A stretch of 64,000 nucleotides of DNA from Malacoraja senta. Taxonomy: Eukaryota. The position numbers were made by a program, and so were the translations under genes. The notes below the pieces were generated by a model that was given only the letters and a program-made list of their open reading frames with translations, was not told where the DNA came from and made no database searches. Numbering within the stretch: position 1 is the first letter of the stretch; each line of letters starts with the position of its first letter. Positions 63,876 through 64,000 of this stretch are shown one piece after another. The DNA lies in contig CM075996.1 of the NCBI GenBank assembly GCA_038087875.1, positions 1,924,001-1,988,000 of the forward strand, read 5' to 3'.

Positions 63876-64000
63876 GGCACGGGAGATAAAAAAACACAAT
63901 GAGGAAACAGGTCAAAAGTAAAGAAAACCCGATAAACTGGAGGCGCAAAGGTACGATGCTGACACCATGTAAAGAGGTGTCATAACACACTGTGTCTTTA

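Larger units (their letters stand above)
59470..64000 (-). mobile_element. Ty3/Gypsy LTR retrotransposon, Mag-like; 5' LTR runs off the window
   Basis: 3' LTR 59470-59677 (TGTA...TACA); PPT AGGGGAAGGA 59678-87; PBS TGGTGTCAG 63959-67; 5' LTR from 63968. Domain order gag-PR-RT-RH-IN. Confidence 0.95.

Overview
Eukaryotic, repeat-dense vertebrate DNA. The repeat families (HE1/V-SINE-type tRNA SINEs, CR1, Rex1/Babar, Penelope-derived palindromes) suggest a cartilaginous fish, probably a skate or ray; this is inferred. One protein-coding gene is well supported: SRSF3 (or an SRSF3-like paralogue) on the minus strand. It has four coding exons (17051-16843, 15118-14975, 4313-4221, 1706-1679; 157 aa), a candidate NMD poison exon (~8588/8550-7987) and a CpG-island promoter at ~21.8-22.1 kb that may be bidirectional. 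The remaining ~42 kb is mostly transposon-derived. It contains a near-full-length Rex1/Babar LINE, a near-complete Mag-like Ty3/Gypsy LTR element at the right edge, a foldback DNA element and many LINE/SINE fragments; a PIF/Harbinger-type MITE lies in an SRSF3 intron. The most unusual signals are: a 136-bp TSD-flanked retroposon whose 5' end folds as a minimal HDV-like ribozyme; abundant hammerhead-core palindromes; an antisense TATA-Inr-YY1 promoter cassette beside SRSF3 exon 3; and the footprint of a probable ~8.6-kb inversion. Most ORFs in the supplied track are repeat-derived noise. Repeat boundaries are approximate unless TSDs or termini are stated. Comparisons with human SRSF3 are from memory and need alignment.
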